Shown piece after piece: positions 13,060 through 24,400 of a stretch of 64,000 nucleotides of DNA. The stretch lies in NCBI GenBank assembly GCA_964252035.1, contig OZ176202.1, one strand, 5' to 3'. Source of the stretch: Podarcis erhardii. Its lineage: Eukaryota. Positions within the stretch are counted from its first letter, which is position 1, and each line of letters opens with the position of its first letter. The position numbers and the translations under genes were made by a program. The notes under the pieces are model-generated. The model saw nothing but the letters and a program-made list of their open reading frames with translations, was not told the DNA's origin and did not search any database.

Positions 13060-13383
13060 GGTCACATTTAAAGCTGAAATTCCTTAATTCACACAATCTC
13101 TGATTTTTTCCAATGCATTTCTCCAGCCAAGTACTTCGTAGGAAAATGCGCATACTAGGGTAAAATGTACATACAGATGCATATATTACTTTAAATAACT
13201 TAAATTGGGTTATATTGGGGAGGGAATGCTTAGTAAAAATATGTATATAGGCAAAATTACATACAAATAGGAGAAAATGCTAATAAATTTCCATGAGAGC
13301 TTTTTTAAAAAAAACCTTTAAAAAACTGATGTGCTAATGTGTAGATGTGGAAAAAATGAAATTGACAGATTTGCATATCTCTA
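13060..13383 (+). mobile_element. Old ~400-bp DNA-element family, degenerate copy
   Basis: CCAGCCAAGTA, AATGCGCATACTAGGGTAAA and GAAATTGACAGATTTG blocks shared with the other copies. Confidence 0.6.
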
Positions 13384-13492
13384 TATAAGCATTAGCCTAT
13401 GAACAACTTATGAGTAACGGCATGTGTCTATAAGTTGTTCACTCTTCTATATTTGGTGACTAGGTAAAGTCATTAATTTTGGTGACTAGGTA

Positions 13493-13816
13493 AAGATCAA
13501 ACGCATCAAACACATCCATTCTTAAGGAAATCAGCCCTGAGTGCTCACTGGAAAGACAGATCGTGAAGCTGAGGCTCCAATACTTTGGCCACCTCATAAG
13601 AAGAGAAGACTCCCTGGAAAAGACCCTGATGCTGGGAAAGATGGAGGGCACAAGGAGAAGGGGACTACAGAGGACAAGATGGTTGGACAGTGTTCTCGAA
13701 GCTACCAGCATGAGTTTGACCAAACTGCGGGAGGCAGTGGAGGACAGAAGTGCCTGGCGTGCTCTGGTCCATGGGGTCACGAAGAGTCGGACACGACTAA
13801 ACAACTGAACAACAAC
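13493..13816 (+). mobile_element. BovB (RTE) LINE, 5'-truncated 3' end, with 14-bp TSD
   Basis: Translates LKEISPECSLERQIVKLRLQYFGHLIRREDSLEKTLMLGKMEGTRRRG...AWRALVHGVTKSRTRLN; (CAA)n tail; TSD AAAGTCATTAATTT at 13466-13479 and 13817-13830. Confidence 0.96.
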
Positions 13817-14266
13817 AAAGTCATTAATTTAAGATATTTACAATGTGGATCAAAGCTCATGAATTTCACCCAACACTAATTGAATCCACCTGGTTCACTT
13901 CAGTTTGTGGAATGTTCTTCATCTGCAGAGGATTTCTTAAAACTTGACATAGTGGGGCGGATTCTGCAGTCCGGAAATCATGAACATATTTCAATAAAAA
14001 ATGTAACAGAAAGAAATAAAATGGCATGATATAAATGGGAAGGGAAACTGGAAGAGGACAAAGTCCATCTTCAAAGCTTATCTATCCATTAAAAAACCCG
14101 AACCTTTCTACAATTGTTGTATGAAATCTTCTCCATCAACGATACTGTAATATTTTGTCATCTAAGAGTTTTTAAGCCCTGTAATAGCTTAGTGATTTGG
14201 TTCTCTGTCCCAAAGCACACACTTCTGTACAACCACTCTGGTGCTTGAGTCTCCATGTCTGTAACC

Positions 14267-14633
14267 CAGGGAAGTGGAAACCTTTTAAACCGGGGGGGGG
14301 GGGGCACATTCCCTTGTGGGCAAACATCCAAAGGCCACATGCCAATGGTGGGGGGAGGGGGGAGGATAAGGCCAGTAGCAAAAGTGAGTGGAGCAATGGG
14401 TGACCTTTGGACAATAGGCTTCAGCAATGCAATAGTCACACACATTTTTTACATATACATCCTCCTTCATCCAAGTAAGCAAGAGGCATTATCCCTGTTC
14501 AATGATAAATTTCAGGCAGGTCAGAGCACTCAAAGTTGGCAAGAGATGTGGTGAAGGGGCAGAACCCAGGGCAAGTCCCAAGCGGCCTGGAGGGCTGCAT
14601 TTGAGCCCTGGGCCTGGGGTTCCCCCACATCTG
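14267..14633. mobile_element. hAT-type non-autonomous element (degenerate)
   Basis: CAGGGAAGTGGAAACC start and GGGGTTCCCCCACATCTG end, with a GGGCTGCATTTG subterminal motif. No TSD. Confidence 0.5.
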
Positions 14634-17520
14634 ATATGCCCTTTCAATTTTGTCCAAGATTCACAGGAAAGTGTATGTTGCTGTATGAATCACATGTCCC
14701 TACAGCTCTAGTAACATTCTACCTTCTCCCCCTTCAACCATTACATACAGAATAAGTGACCCCTAACAGATCTTTGCAAATTATGTATTGGTATAGAGAT
14801 TAGGCCAGCTACTGTATTCTTGGGGGCTGAATCTGCAGAACATTCTTGGTCTGGAAATGTATTTTGCTGAACAAACTGACTCCCTTCTGGGTAGTAAAGT
14901 TCCATAACACAGTTGGAACCATCTAGCAGTCAGGGCTTCCAGTTACGGTGCACATGGGATCCAGAACAGCATTCTCCACAAGGAAGTGCATTCCTGTCTC
15001 TTCGTGCATGTTGTATACAAAATCCAAAGGACATATATGACACAGAAGTGTGGAATATATTTCTTAAAGCTTGAGCACATTCTGCCCCCCAGGACCAGAG
15101 TTAAAACTGTAGACAAATATGTTATCATCCCATTATTTTGGTGACCCTTCTGGGGGCTACATAGAATTATCTCAGGAGTTGTACGGAGCCTCTGGGCCAC
15201 CAATTGGCTATCCTCGCATTCAAGGGTTACATAAGTCCACAGTGAGACATCGAAAGCAGGATTCCCATGGAGCAGACACAAATACTGTATTCGCAGCCAC
15301 ACTGTGAATAGTGTTCTATGTTCTCAGCTGTTATTTGACTTACTGAGCAATGGCCAATATGCAAGCTCTTGCTCCAGCAGATGAACTTGGAGCCAGCTAT
15401 TACTCAGGTTGGGCTGAAGTAAAAAAACTCCCAACCCTCACAGAGCATATGAGAGCCAGAGATCTGGTAGTGTTAACTCTTTGTCCTCTTTTCCATTCCC
15501 CAAGCAATTGCCATTAGCTCTTTCTTCTACCTTAAATATTTATGCTACAGATCTGCAGGTGTGTTCCTGTATATGCAGCAGTGGCTCACAAATATTTCAA
15601 TGGCCACACCCAAACACTGGGAATCTGCAAAAACTACAGAGCACCCTACCTCCCACCCCGATTTACCCAAGTAGCTATTAATGAAGCAATAAGGTTATGT
15701 TGCAATAAGCCACTTGCTCTGTAGCAAGAGACGGTTGACAGATCCACACCACACATTTAAAGCACATTCAGCACACAACTTTGTCCAAGGAATCCTGGGG
15801 AACTATACTTTCTCCCTCACCAAGCTACAATTCCTAGTTCCCTTGGACCAACGTTCCCAGCATTCTCTGGCAAAGTCATGTGCTTTAAATTATTAGCATT
15901 CCAAGTTTCTTTGGGATTAATATGTTCCCAGAAAGGTTCTTGCTTTGGAGTTCTTTGAAGAAAGGATTTTTTTTTCTATGAAAATGAGGAATAGCAAAAC
16001 GAGGCATACTTGAGATGAGGTGAAAGTGCATTCAAGAAGATAATGTGGCAAATGACCCCCAACTCCTCCTCCACAGTGACAGAATTCTCTGTTCCAAATA
16101 ACACTGTGAAATCTACCTACTATTACAGTAGAAAAAAAGGTCTTAAACCTCAAGGAAATAAAAGCTTTCTTGAGTCACTGCCAATTTAATAGTTCCAGAT
16201 ACAATCTGAACTGATATGTGAACTTCAAATGGGGGGGGGGGGTCTTTTAGTCCTGATAACTGCAAGACCATGTTTACTGTTACATGTTTACTTCCTACTC
16301 TCATTTTAGCTAAGAAGGTGTTCATTCTTGAAATAATACCATATTTCCATACATCCTATCTCTCCTCCCAGGCACAATCTGTTTCAGCGCCACAGAAACA
16401 AAACTTTGGAACATAGGAAACGGTTAGCAATGGACCTCTTTTAAAGTTTAGAAGATCGGTTGTTCCTGTCACACAGCGACAGTTTGGTCAGTTAGTCATC
16501 ATGCTTGTTCAGAATCCTATATTAGCAGACTGCCACAGTATTTTTAATCTTAAAAGCTAGAGATGGGGGGGGGACTGGTGGTTTGAGGGGGAAAGTTTCA
16601 AGTGAAGTGTGAAAAGAAAAGGGAAGCAGAAATTACACAAGATTAATCAAGTATACTTTGAGAGGCATACGGAGCAGGAAAATATAAAAGTAGAAAGTCT
16701 TCTCCACTAAGGTGTTCTAGATCAGCAAATTCTGATAGGGAGGTTGAGTCATAATTCCAATGTCTGTCCATAGCTCAAGGAAAGCTGAACTGTGGGATTC
16801 CTTACCACAAGGAAATTGCTACGGCAAATATTTCACCAGTCTCCCAAAATGGATTATATATCAGCGGAAAATTCGGCTGAAATTGCCAGCTCATTGTGCC
16901 AAACTCTGTCTTCTGCCACCATTTTGTGACTGGTGGGCCTCAGTAGTTTTCAGCCCTTGGCCTAATCCCACCTCATCAGTGACCTACCACAGCCAATATA
17001 TGTGGTGATTTCAGCTCACCTAAAAAAAAAGAAAAGATACAAGGCGTTCTGCATATTTTGGAAATGTGTGCTCTTTAATGCTGTGGCACAGTTTCTCCAA
17101 ATAAAAATAACTCCAGATGGGAGCCCAGCTATCTGATTTATAACTGGGGGAGTGAAAGGAAATGGAACAAAAAGAAATAAATGTGCTTTGTTTATATGCT
17201 TTCCCCTCATAGTCTGCTTTAAAACAATAACAGAAAAAAATTGCTATATTGGCTATACTAGAATAGGCAGTGTGCAAATCAAATCAATGCAAGCTGTGCT
17301 CTCTCTGTTTCTTACAGAGCTGTTTCTAAATAGCATTTTTTAAAGATGTAGTTTATTTCACTCAGACACATACTAGAGCTTTCATCCAAACAACTGAGGC
17401 TTTTAAAATTTGTGTTGTTGCCTCATGTCAATGTCACTCTGTGTATATAACACTTCCATTTATACATCACTACAAGTACTTTTGTCCCCCCACTATGCAG
17501 TAGAATTTTGCAGTAGAATT

Positions 17521-18173
17521 CTGTGTCCAGGGCAGCTGTTTACCAGCTCCATCTGGTACGTAGGCTGAGACCCTACCTGTCTGTGGACTGTCTCGCCAGA
17601 GTGGTGCATACTCTGGTTATCTCCCGCTTGGACTACTGCAATGCGCTCTACATGGGGCTACCTTTGAAGGTGACTTGGAAACTACAACTAATCCAGAATG
17701 CGGCAGCTAGACTGGTGACTGGGGGCGGCCGCCGAGACCATATAACACCGGCCTTGAAAGACCTACATTGGCTCCCAGTACGTTTCCGAGCACAATTCAA
17801 AGTGTTGGTGCTAACCTTTAAAGCCCTAAACTGCCTTGGTCCTGTATACCTGAAGGAGCGTCTCCACCCCCATCGTTCTGCCCGGACGCTGAGGTCGAGC
17901 ACCGAGGGCCTTCTGGTGGTTCCCTCATTGCAAGAAGCAAAGCTACAGGGAACCAGGCAGAGGGCCTTCTCGGTAGTGGCGCCCGCCCTGTGGAACGCCC
18001 TCCCACGAGATGTCAAAGCGATAAACAACTACCTGACATTCAGAAGACATCTTAAGGCAGCCCTGTTCAGGGAAGTTTTTAACGTGTGATATTTTAGTGT
18101 ATTTTTGGTTTCTATGGAAGCCGCCCAGAGTGGCTGGGGAGGCCCAGCCAGATGGGCGGGGTATAAATAATAA

Positions 18174-18216
<43 letters not shown>
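17521..18216 (+). mobile_element. Young L2-clade LINE, 5'-truncated (ORF2 C-terminus, 3' UTR, (TTA)n tail)
   Basis: Uninterrupted frame with SRLDYCNALY, LHWLPV and RAFSVVAPALWNALP motifs; CpGs retained; GGGCGGGGTATAAAT terminal motif, then (TTA)n at about 18174-18216. Confidence 0.95.
17523..18089 (+). pseudogene. Truncated L2 ORF2 (post-RT C-terminal region), 188 codons
   Basis: ORF track translation; the GTG start is only the truncation junction, so this is not a complete gene. Confidence 0.9.
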
Positions 18217-18419
18217 GTGCAAGCTGCAAGTCCCTTTCACATGTTAATTGTCTGAAGGGCAAAAATGTGCAGGAAAAGGTTGTGGGGCTGTGCCTTTGAC
18301 CCTGCTCTGATTGCAGGCCATTCCTACCGGCCCATGCCATCCACACATTGGCATGAACATGTGACCTCGAGGTGTATAGCTGTGCCCACATCCTAGACCC
18401 TTGCAGAACAGTCTCAGTC

Positions 18420-18902
18420 AAAGCCTAATTCACATTTCCCCAAACCATTTGTGAACTGAAAATGCAGCTCTCCTTCAAAATTCACACTTCTCCAAATTGT
18501 TCAATGGAATTTTCCAACAACAGCAAAAAAATGTGTATGACGATGTGTATTAATGAAAAATGAGCATTAAAAAGGCCATATGCTATTTACGCTAGAGTGT
18601 AAACATGCATACCTTACTGAAATGCATTATACAAGCATAAGGAGCAACTGCTTGCAAAGATGTGTCTATGTGACAATGACAATAAAGATATCGTATATCG
18701 TATATATCGTATATATGAGGTAAAACCATATGCGGAAATTTGTGTGTTATGAGAAATACTGAAATGCTGAAATACTGGAAATATTGAATTTTCATGAGGA
18801 CTAATAATAATAGTCACAAAATGATACAGAAATTTGGTGAACTGAAGGGTGGAAAAATGAGAAACCGAGAGAAACCAAAATCAACAGATTCCTCCACCCC
18901 TA
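18420..18902 (+). mobile_element. Old ~400-bp DNA-element family copy, interrupted by a small insert
   Basis: CCTAATTCACATTTCC, AAAATTCACACTTCTCC and GGAAAAATGAGAAACCGAGAGAAACC..CCACCCCTA blocks. Confidence 0.65.
18671..18717 (+). mobile_element. Tiny non-LTR retroelement tail (AATGACAATAAAG plus a TATCG-type repeat)
   Basis: TGACAATGACAATAAAGA followed by TATCGTATATCGTATATATCGTATATATG; possible 4-bp TSD TATG. Resembles Rex1/Babar-type termini (recalled). Confidence 0.4.
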
Positions 18903-19046
18903 CTCCCAGGCCAGTGGGGCAAAGGATATCAGCCTTACTTTCTGAGAGGAGAATAGGAAGCTGCCTTTGGTTTACCTAACTCATAGAGGCTCTTTGGGGC
19001 TTCAGGTGGCGTTTTCTCCAGTCTATGTGGGGACAGGATAATTACA

Positions 19047-19111
19047 GAGATTGAACCTAGGGTCTTCTGAATGCAATGTTTGTGCACCTGCACTGAGCTG
19101 TGGCCATTTCC
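19047..19111 (-). mobile_element. tRNA-derived SINE head (degenerate)
   Basis: Reverse complement reads GGAAATGGCCACAGCTCAGTG...CAGAAGACCCTAGGTTCAATC, with A-box- and B-box-like motifs. Confidence 0.55.
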
Positions 19112-20243
19112 ATGGCTTGAGCTTGTCCTAAAGGGCAGCTTTCTGCCATGAAAGTTCTTTCTTCTAATTTCATAAGCACAATTGGTGACTGTGGTTACTC
19201 AGAAGTTCTATTTTGCCATTTTAGAGCTTAGCTCCGGTGGTCCCGAATTCACAGCCCATGAGCCATGTATGGAAGGGGTTCAATTCACTTTCTGGTTTTG
19301 TTCCTCAGCTTGTACTTCAGCAGCTACAAAAAGCTGGTCGGTTTTCAGCCACCTGGCAGGTCACAGTATGCTTAGCTTAGTAGGTCACAAGTTGTGCAAG
19401 GACCATTCTATGTTCCTGTTTATACACTTTTGGAGGTGGGGACTGGGGTAAGAAATCCCCTTTCCGCACAGCATTTTACTTTTCATTTTAAGTACAGAAA
19501 ATTTGCCATTCAACAGACCACCTAAAGAAGTTGATGTCACTTTTTTCATCTGCCTTTAATATATTCACCAGCTTGTCTAACTCCATTAGGAGCACTATGG
19601 ACGGATGGCAGGTGGGTCAGAATGACACAAAGAATGCCACTGAAACCAGTTTATCAAATAATGAGCAGTTTATGTGTCATCTTATAGGTTCATCCTTCTC
19701 TGGAGAAACTGACAAAAGAACATTTGTCTACCCCTTCATCGGACAAACCAGGTTAGCATGACTCTGGCTTAGCTGCATTGGCGATTCGTTGCTTCCCCAT
19801 ATGTTGAGATTTCCTGATGCAAAGCTTAGTCTGAGTATAATTACACTTCCCCCAGGGCAGAATGCTCTTTCTTCGCTTAGACTGATAACATAATTGCATC
19901 AGATTGGCCCCAGGAACAAAGCTGCGTAGGAATGTACACGACTCTGACTTTAGAGCCACTTTACTATCTAAAGCCCTTTAACCAGGGAGCCTGGAGTTTG
20001 AGCCTGATGTTTCGACCTGCACTGCTGCTGTGTGGATGGCCCCTGCATAACTACTGATATTTTGTCAAAAAGTCAAAGCAGAAGCAAATCTGGGTATTCC
20101 TCCACAGTTGAGACATCTTATTTTTTAATAAAATCAAATCCAAGAATTAGTGCAAGACATACCGTGTCTTTCCCACACATCCCTTAATTCATTGCACAAA
20201 ATAATATTAGTGTTTTACGTAAAAGGGCAAAGCGGTCTGGTAA

Positions 20244-20443
20244 NNNNNNNNNNNNNNNNNNNNNNNNNNNNNNNNNNNNNNNNNNNNNNNNNNNNNNNNN
20301 NNNNNNNNNNNNNNNNNNNNNNNNNNNNNNNNNNNNNNNNNNNNNNNNNNNNNNNNNNNNNNNNNNNNNNNNNNNNNNNNNNNNNNNNNNNNNNNNNNNN
20401 NNNNNNNNNNNNNNNNNNNNNNNNNNNNNNNNNNNNNNNNNNN
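20244..20443. other. Assembly gap, exactly 200 N
   Basis: N run read directly. Confidence 0.99.
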
Positions 20444-20454
20444 GCAGTTAATAT

Positions 20455-20570
20455 GGTTTCCTTCTTTATTCTCACAGTAACCTTAAGAAGTAGTTTAGAC
20501 GATGACTTTCCCAAGTTCACACAACCAGGCGCAAGGCTGAGTATGGGTTCATGTTGAAGTTTCCCTAGTC
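20455..20570 (-). mobile_element. MIR/CORE-type SINE remnant
   Basis: TTATTCTCACAGTAACCTT..GAAGTAG..GACTTTCCCAAGTTCACACAA CORE-like block. Confidence 0.5.
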
Positions 20571-21707
20571 TAAATCAACACTCTGGACATTATGGTTTCT
20601 TTTGCACCTAATCAATAGGCATTTATGTAGGTTAGGTGCAGCTAATTGAGCATTTGGCTCATATTCAGCAGAACATAAACAGAGCCAAATGGATTATACA
20701 TGTATAAGTCGTTTTAAGATCCCACCCTTCAGCTGTTTGGCAAGGAAGGGCAGAAATGTTTGGACCTTGATCTCCTGCTACTCTGGATGCGGCACCATGG
20801 CTACAACATTCATTTGTGGTCAGGTGTACCAACTTGAACAAAATATGGGAGCAGGCAGGTAAGCTCCGCCCCACATAATTGATCACAAGACATGACACAT
20901 GCAGACCGTTTGAATGGCAATGCCCATCAATATTGGAGGGCTCTGGATCCCTCAAATATTTATTGGGGCAAAGGGGCCTCAGCCCCTGGGAGTTGGCTTC
21001 GGTGTAATGTAGGTGTGGCTGCCAACCTAGCTAAAAAGTCTGTGGAAGCTGAATAGTGAAAGGAAGGGACATTGCCGCCCAAGACATTTTGCTGGCTCAG
21101 GCAAAGGCCAAAATGGTGCCTCCTCCCATTCCATGTACAAAGATTGACCAGAATAGCAATGGAATCTTTCTTTGGCACTGGTTAAGGGAACAGGGCTTCC
21201 CAATGCACCTAAGCTTAGGGGGTGCAGGGCAGGCTATATGGCAGCATCTTGCTGTCATCTAATATCTGTTCCCAGCACATGCCTCCAGAGGGGGCTGCCT
21301 CACTCCACCTAATGACAGGGCTGGCTCTGGAGAACCTCCCTTATCAGGTTGTCAGCTATTTCAGGCTTGGTCACTTGATGGGAGGGGTGGAAAGGGCCCA
21401 GCCACACTTTCCCCCACTTCTGGCCACTTGACAGTACAGATGATTTATTTGCCATTGAGAGAGAAGCTGTTCTGCATACAACAAAAAATACATAGCATGC
21501 TGCAGGGCATGACCTAGGCCAAAGGCAGACATCTAGACACGTTACTATAAGCTCAGGAGCCATTTCCCTGGTTCTGGGTGCAGTTTCTGTATCTGGAAGC
21601 AAGATACAGAATACAGATTTCCTCCACTCAATAAACTTCTCAGTACAGCAGATCTCCCTTCTGTGAAAATAGTTGCTTGCATACCTGGAACACATGATAG
21701 CATTTCT

Positions 21708-21750
21708 TGCATCTGATGAAGTGGACTGTAATCCACAAAGTTTTATACTA
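21708..21750 (+). mobile_element. Penelope-like element terminal remnant with decayed hammerhead-ribozyme core
   Basis: GCATCTGATGAAGTGGACTGTAATCCACAAAGTTTTATAC: CTGATGA core, stem II GTGGA/TCCAC, GAAA box damaged. Confidence 0.7.
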
Positions 21751-21774
21751 CATTAAGTAGGTAGTATGATGCCT

Positions 21775-22197
21775 TGTAACTCCCTCACCTGGCTGGTAGG
21801 GAGTGTTAATATTTCATGCCTCTGATGCTGCAGATGAGATTGGTGTGAATCACATGCCTGTCTGGGAAGAGTGTGGGAACGGAAGACAGTCTTCTCTCTT
21901 CTGCTGTATGTACTGTATTTTTGCTTTTACTTGTCTCTGTTCTTCTCTCAGAGCTGGATAGAGAGGACGCCATGACTCCTTTGTCTGTACATAGTGTGTA
22001 AATAAATACGTAGATTAGTTCTACGATGTCTTACGCTTCTTGCTGTGTTATGCTAGAAGACTAGTGTGCAAATATCATTTGATATATGTCGCTGAAGCGA
22101 ACTGGAGAAGAAGGGAAATGCCTTTTCCAGAGCTGCGCATACTGGAGGACGCTCGGAGTTCAGGGGCTGCAGGGACACCCCAGGGTGTTTTCCAACA
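21775..22197 (+). mobile_element. Solo-LTR-like element A
   Basis: TGTAAC...CCAACA termini, internal GTGTAAATAAA poly(A) signal, CpG-rich 3' half. No matching TSD. Confidence 0.55.
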
Positions 22198-22198
22198 G

Positions 22199-22493
22199 TG
22201 AGGACAATAGCCTGTGTGCAAGAGCTGGGCTAGAGGCAGGTAGAAGCCAGAGAGACAGAGCCATGCTTGATTTCTGTTTGATTCTAAGGCTGTGATTATG
22301 GGAGAAGCAAGACCTTCTGGGGTGTGGATGCTCTGAACCTTTCCATCTTCAGCTCAGGTTGAATATATGTGTAAATAAAGCACATATACTAAAGACACCA
22401 CAGTCCCTGCTGTCTCTCATTCCAAGGAAACCAAACCCTGGGTAAGCCCTGCTTGCACTGGTAATTGCTCAGAGTTTGGAGTGGTGTGCAACA
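22199..22493 (+). mobile_element. Solo-LTR-like element B
   Basis: TG...GCAACA termini and GTGTAAATAAA signal; shares AGAGCTGG..AGAG..GCCATG with element A. Confidence 0.45.
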
Positions 22494-22494
22494 T

Positions 22495-22550
22495 TGGAAG
22501 CCACCCAGAGTGGCTGGAGAAACCCAGCCAGATGGGCGGGGTACAAATAA

Positions 22551-22597
<47 letters not shown>

Positions 22598-22598
22598 C
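22495..22598 (+). mobile_element. L2 extreme 3' end with (TTA)n tail
   Basis: TGGAAGCCACCCAGAGTGGCTGG..CCAGCCAGATGGGCGGGGTACAAAT is nearly identical to 18116-18168. Confidence 0.92.
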
Positions 22599-23429
22599 AT
22601 CACCATCCATGAAAACTGGTTGGTAAAACTATCTGGATAAAGTTTTGATGTATCCTGTGGTTGCTAATACCTGTTAGCACTGGGAGGTCAGAAAGCAGGA
22701 AGTAGATGGAGCTAGAGCCATGACAGGCTCTAAGAAAGATGGCAGGCAGGTGGTGAGCAGTTGGCTGGCCAGCTGGCTGGCTGGCTGGCTGGCTGAGGTT
22801 GGTGCTTCAGTGCTCCATTTGCCCTAATGGATCAAGCCTCCGCTTGTTGTATCCAACAGAAGGTAGCTTGCCCAAGGAACTACTTGAAACTGGGCATTTG
22901 GCACCAGTAGTGGAGCACTGCTTACACAAATTTCCTTCACCTGATTACAGGTGATTCCATTCTCTCACTGCAACCCCATGCAACACAGCCCACACAGCTT
23001 AGGAGGGCTCCTCAGCCATCTGGAGAAGGTTTTTAGGAAGTGAAGGGCTGAGTGAGGAGCAGGGGATGGGGAAATAGGCTTTGCTTGCCTCAGGAGGCTC
23101 TTGAGCAAGGTGTTTGAAAAGAGAGTAGCTTTTACATTCATGAAAGGTTAGAGTGGAAATCAAAGCCATAAATTGTGTTGACTGGTTTATTCAACAGCTT
23201 TACACCAACAATTATGCTTAATTCCTCAGGATAGCAAAAACACATGGAAAATATAAAATACGACCCATTTTTCCATTAGGCTGACCCCAACGTTCATAAA
23301 ACATGCACTTTGTTAAATGAAAGGCATTTAAAGCTGTAAAATGAGAGGGCTTGTTTTGCTGTGTGTGTGTGCTTTTTATTTTACTTTTTAAAAAAACACA
23401 CTCTACCTTTTAAAGTGCTCTGAAAAAGA

Positions 23430-24400
23430 TGATAAAAGGTGTCAGATGACAAGTGCTAAGTGTTTATGACTTAGCAAACATCCTGAGCAAATGTCACAAA
23501 CCTGAAAAAAACAGCAGCAGCACCTACCATTTGTTAGATGAACTGTTCTCAGAAGCCTGAATGCAGAAGACAAATAAAGTCCTGACACTTTAGTGATATC
23601 TGTATGGCACAATGGTGTCAAATGGAAGCAGCGTTAAATGGGAGTAAAATTTGCTGTACCGTAACAGTGTGGGCCGTTAGACGTCACCTGGGTTACTACT
23701 GGTCTGAGGTTGCAGTGTAAATACATGTCTTTCAATGAAGCTCAGGGACCTGCTGCATCTCTCATAATGGGAAGCAGTGCCTATTTTGTAGCTGTCATTG
23801 TGGAAAACATTCCATTTATCTGATTCGCTGACAAAGCCCTATTTGTTTCATTACCCGTGACCCCTCTTGAGCTGCAAATTTCCGTACCTGAGTCGGTTCA
23901 AAATAAGAGGAACGCCTGGATAATGGTACCATAGCCAGAAAAAATTTTGCATTTCAACTCAATGCAAAACAGCAACACCCTTCTCACACCTACCTAACTA
24001 ACAGACAGCAACCAACCACAATGAACTGAGAGTGACTTGAGAGAGTAGGGTGAGGAGCCATGCTTCTGTTGCTTCCTGGCAAAATTTCACATCAAATTTC
24101 ACATTTTCATCCCCCCTCTCTACAAATGTTCCTGTGAAAGTTGCTCCATATGTTGCAACTGTTCCGAAATTGACATATAATAGATTGTTTTCTTCCTTTC
24201 CTGCCATTGCTCCATATCATTCTAAGCATATGTTTGCAGCATTGAGGGCTTCTGGGTCACCAAAGCACTCTGCAGAAGGTTAAAAGGTTAAGCAAAGCAG
24301 TGTAGATTTGGCCTCTGGCCAAATGTGGTGTTACAGACACAACATAGCACAAGCTGCCAAGTTTGTTGAAGCTGAAGGCTCTGACATATTGTCCTGGAGA
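23430..24400. promoter_or_regulatory. Candidate conserved enhancer (TE-free, TALE/FOX/HOX-motif rich)
   Basis: Nine TGACA/TGTCA sites, TGTTTATGAC and GACGTCA motifs, and no recognisable repeat. Function is inferred only. Confidence 0.35.

Noticed and set aside
13460-13879. Antisense and alternate-frame ORFs over BovB (also 45882-46259) and L2 (17648-18421)
   Set aside because: Shadows of the retrotransposon ORF2 fragments, not independent genes.
20150-20557. ORFs spanning X residues
   Set aside because: Artefacts of the N gap.
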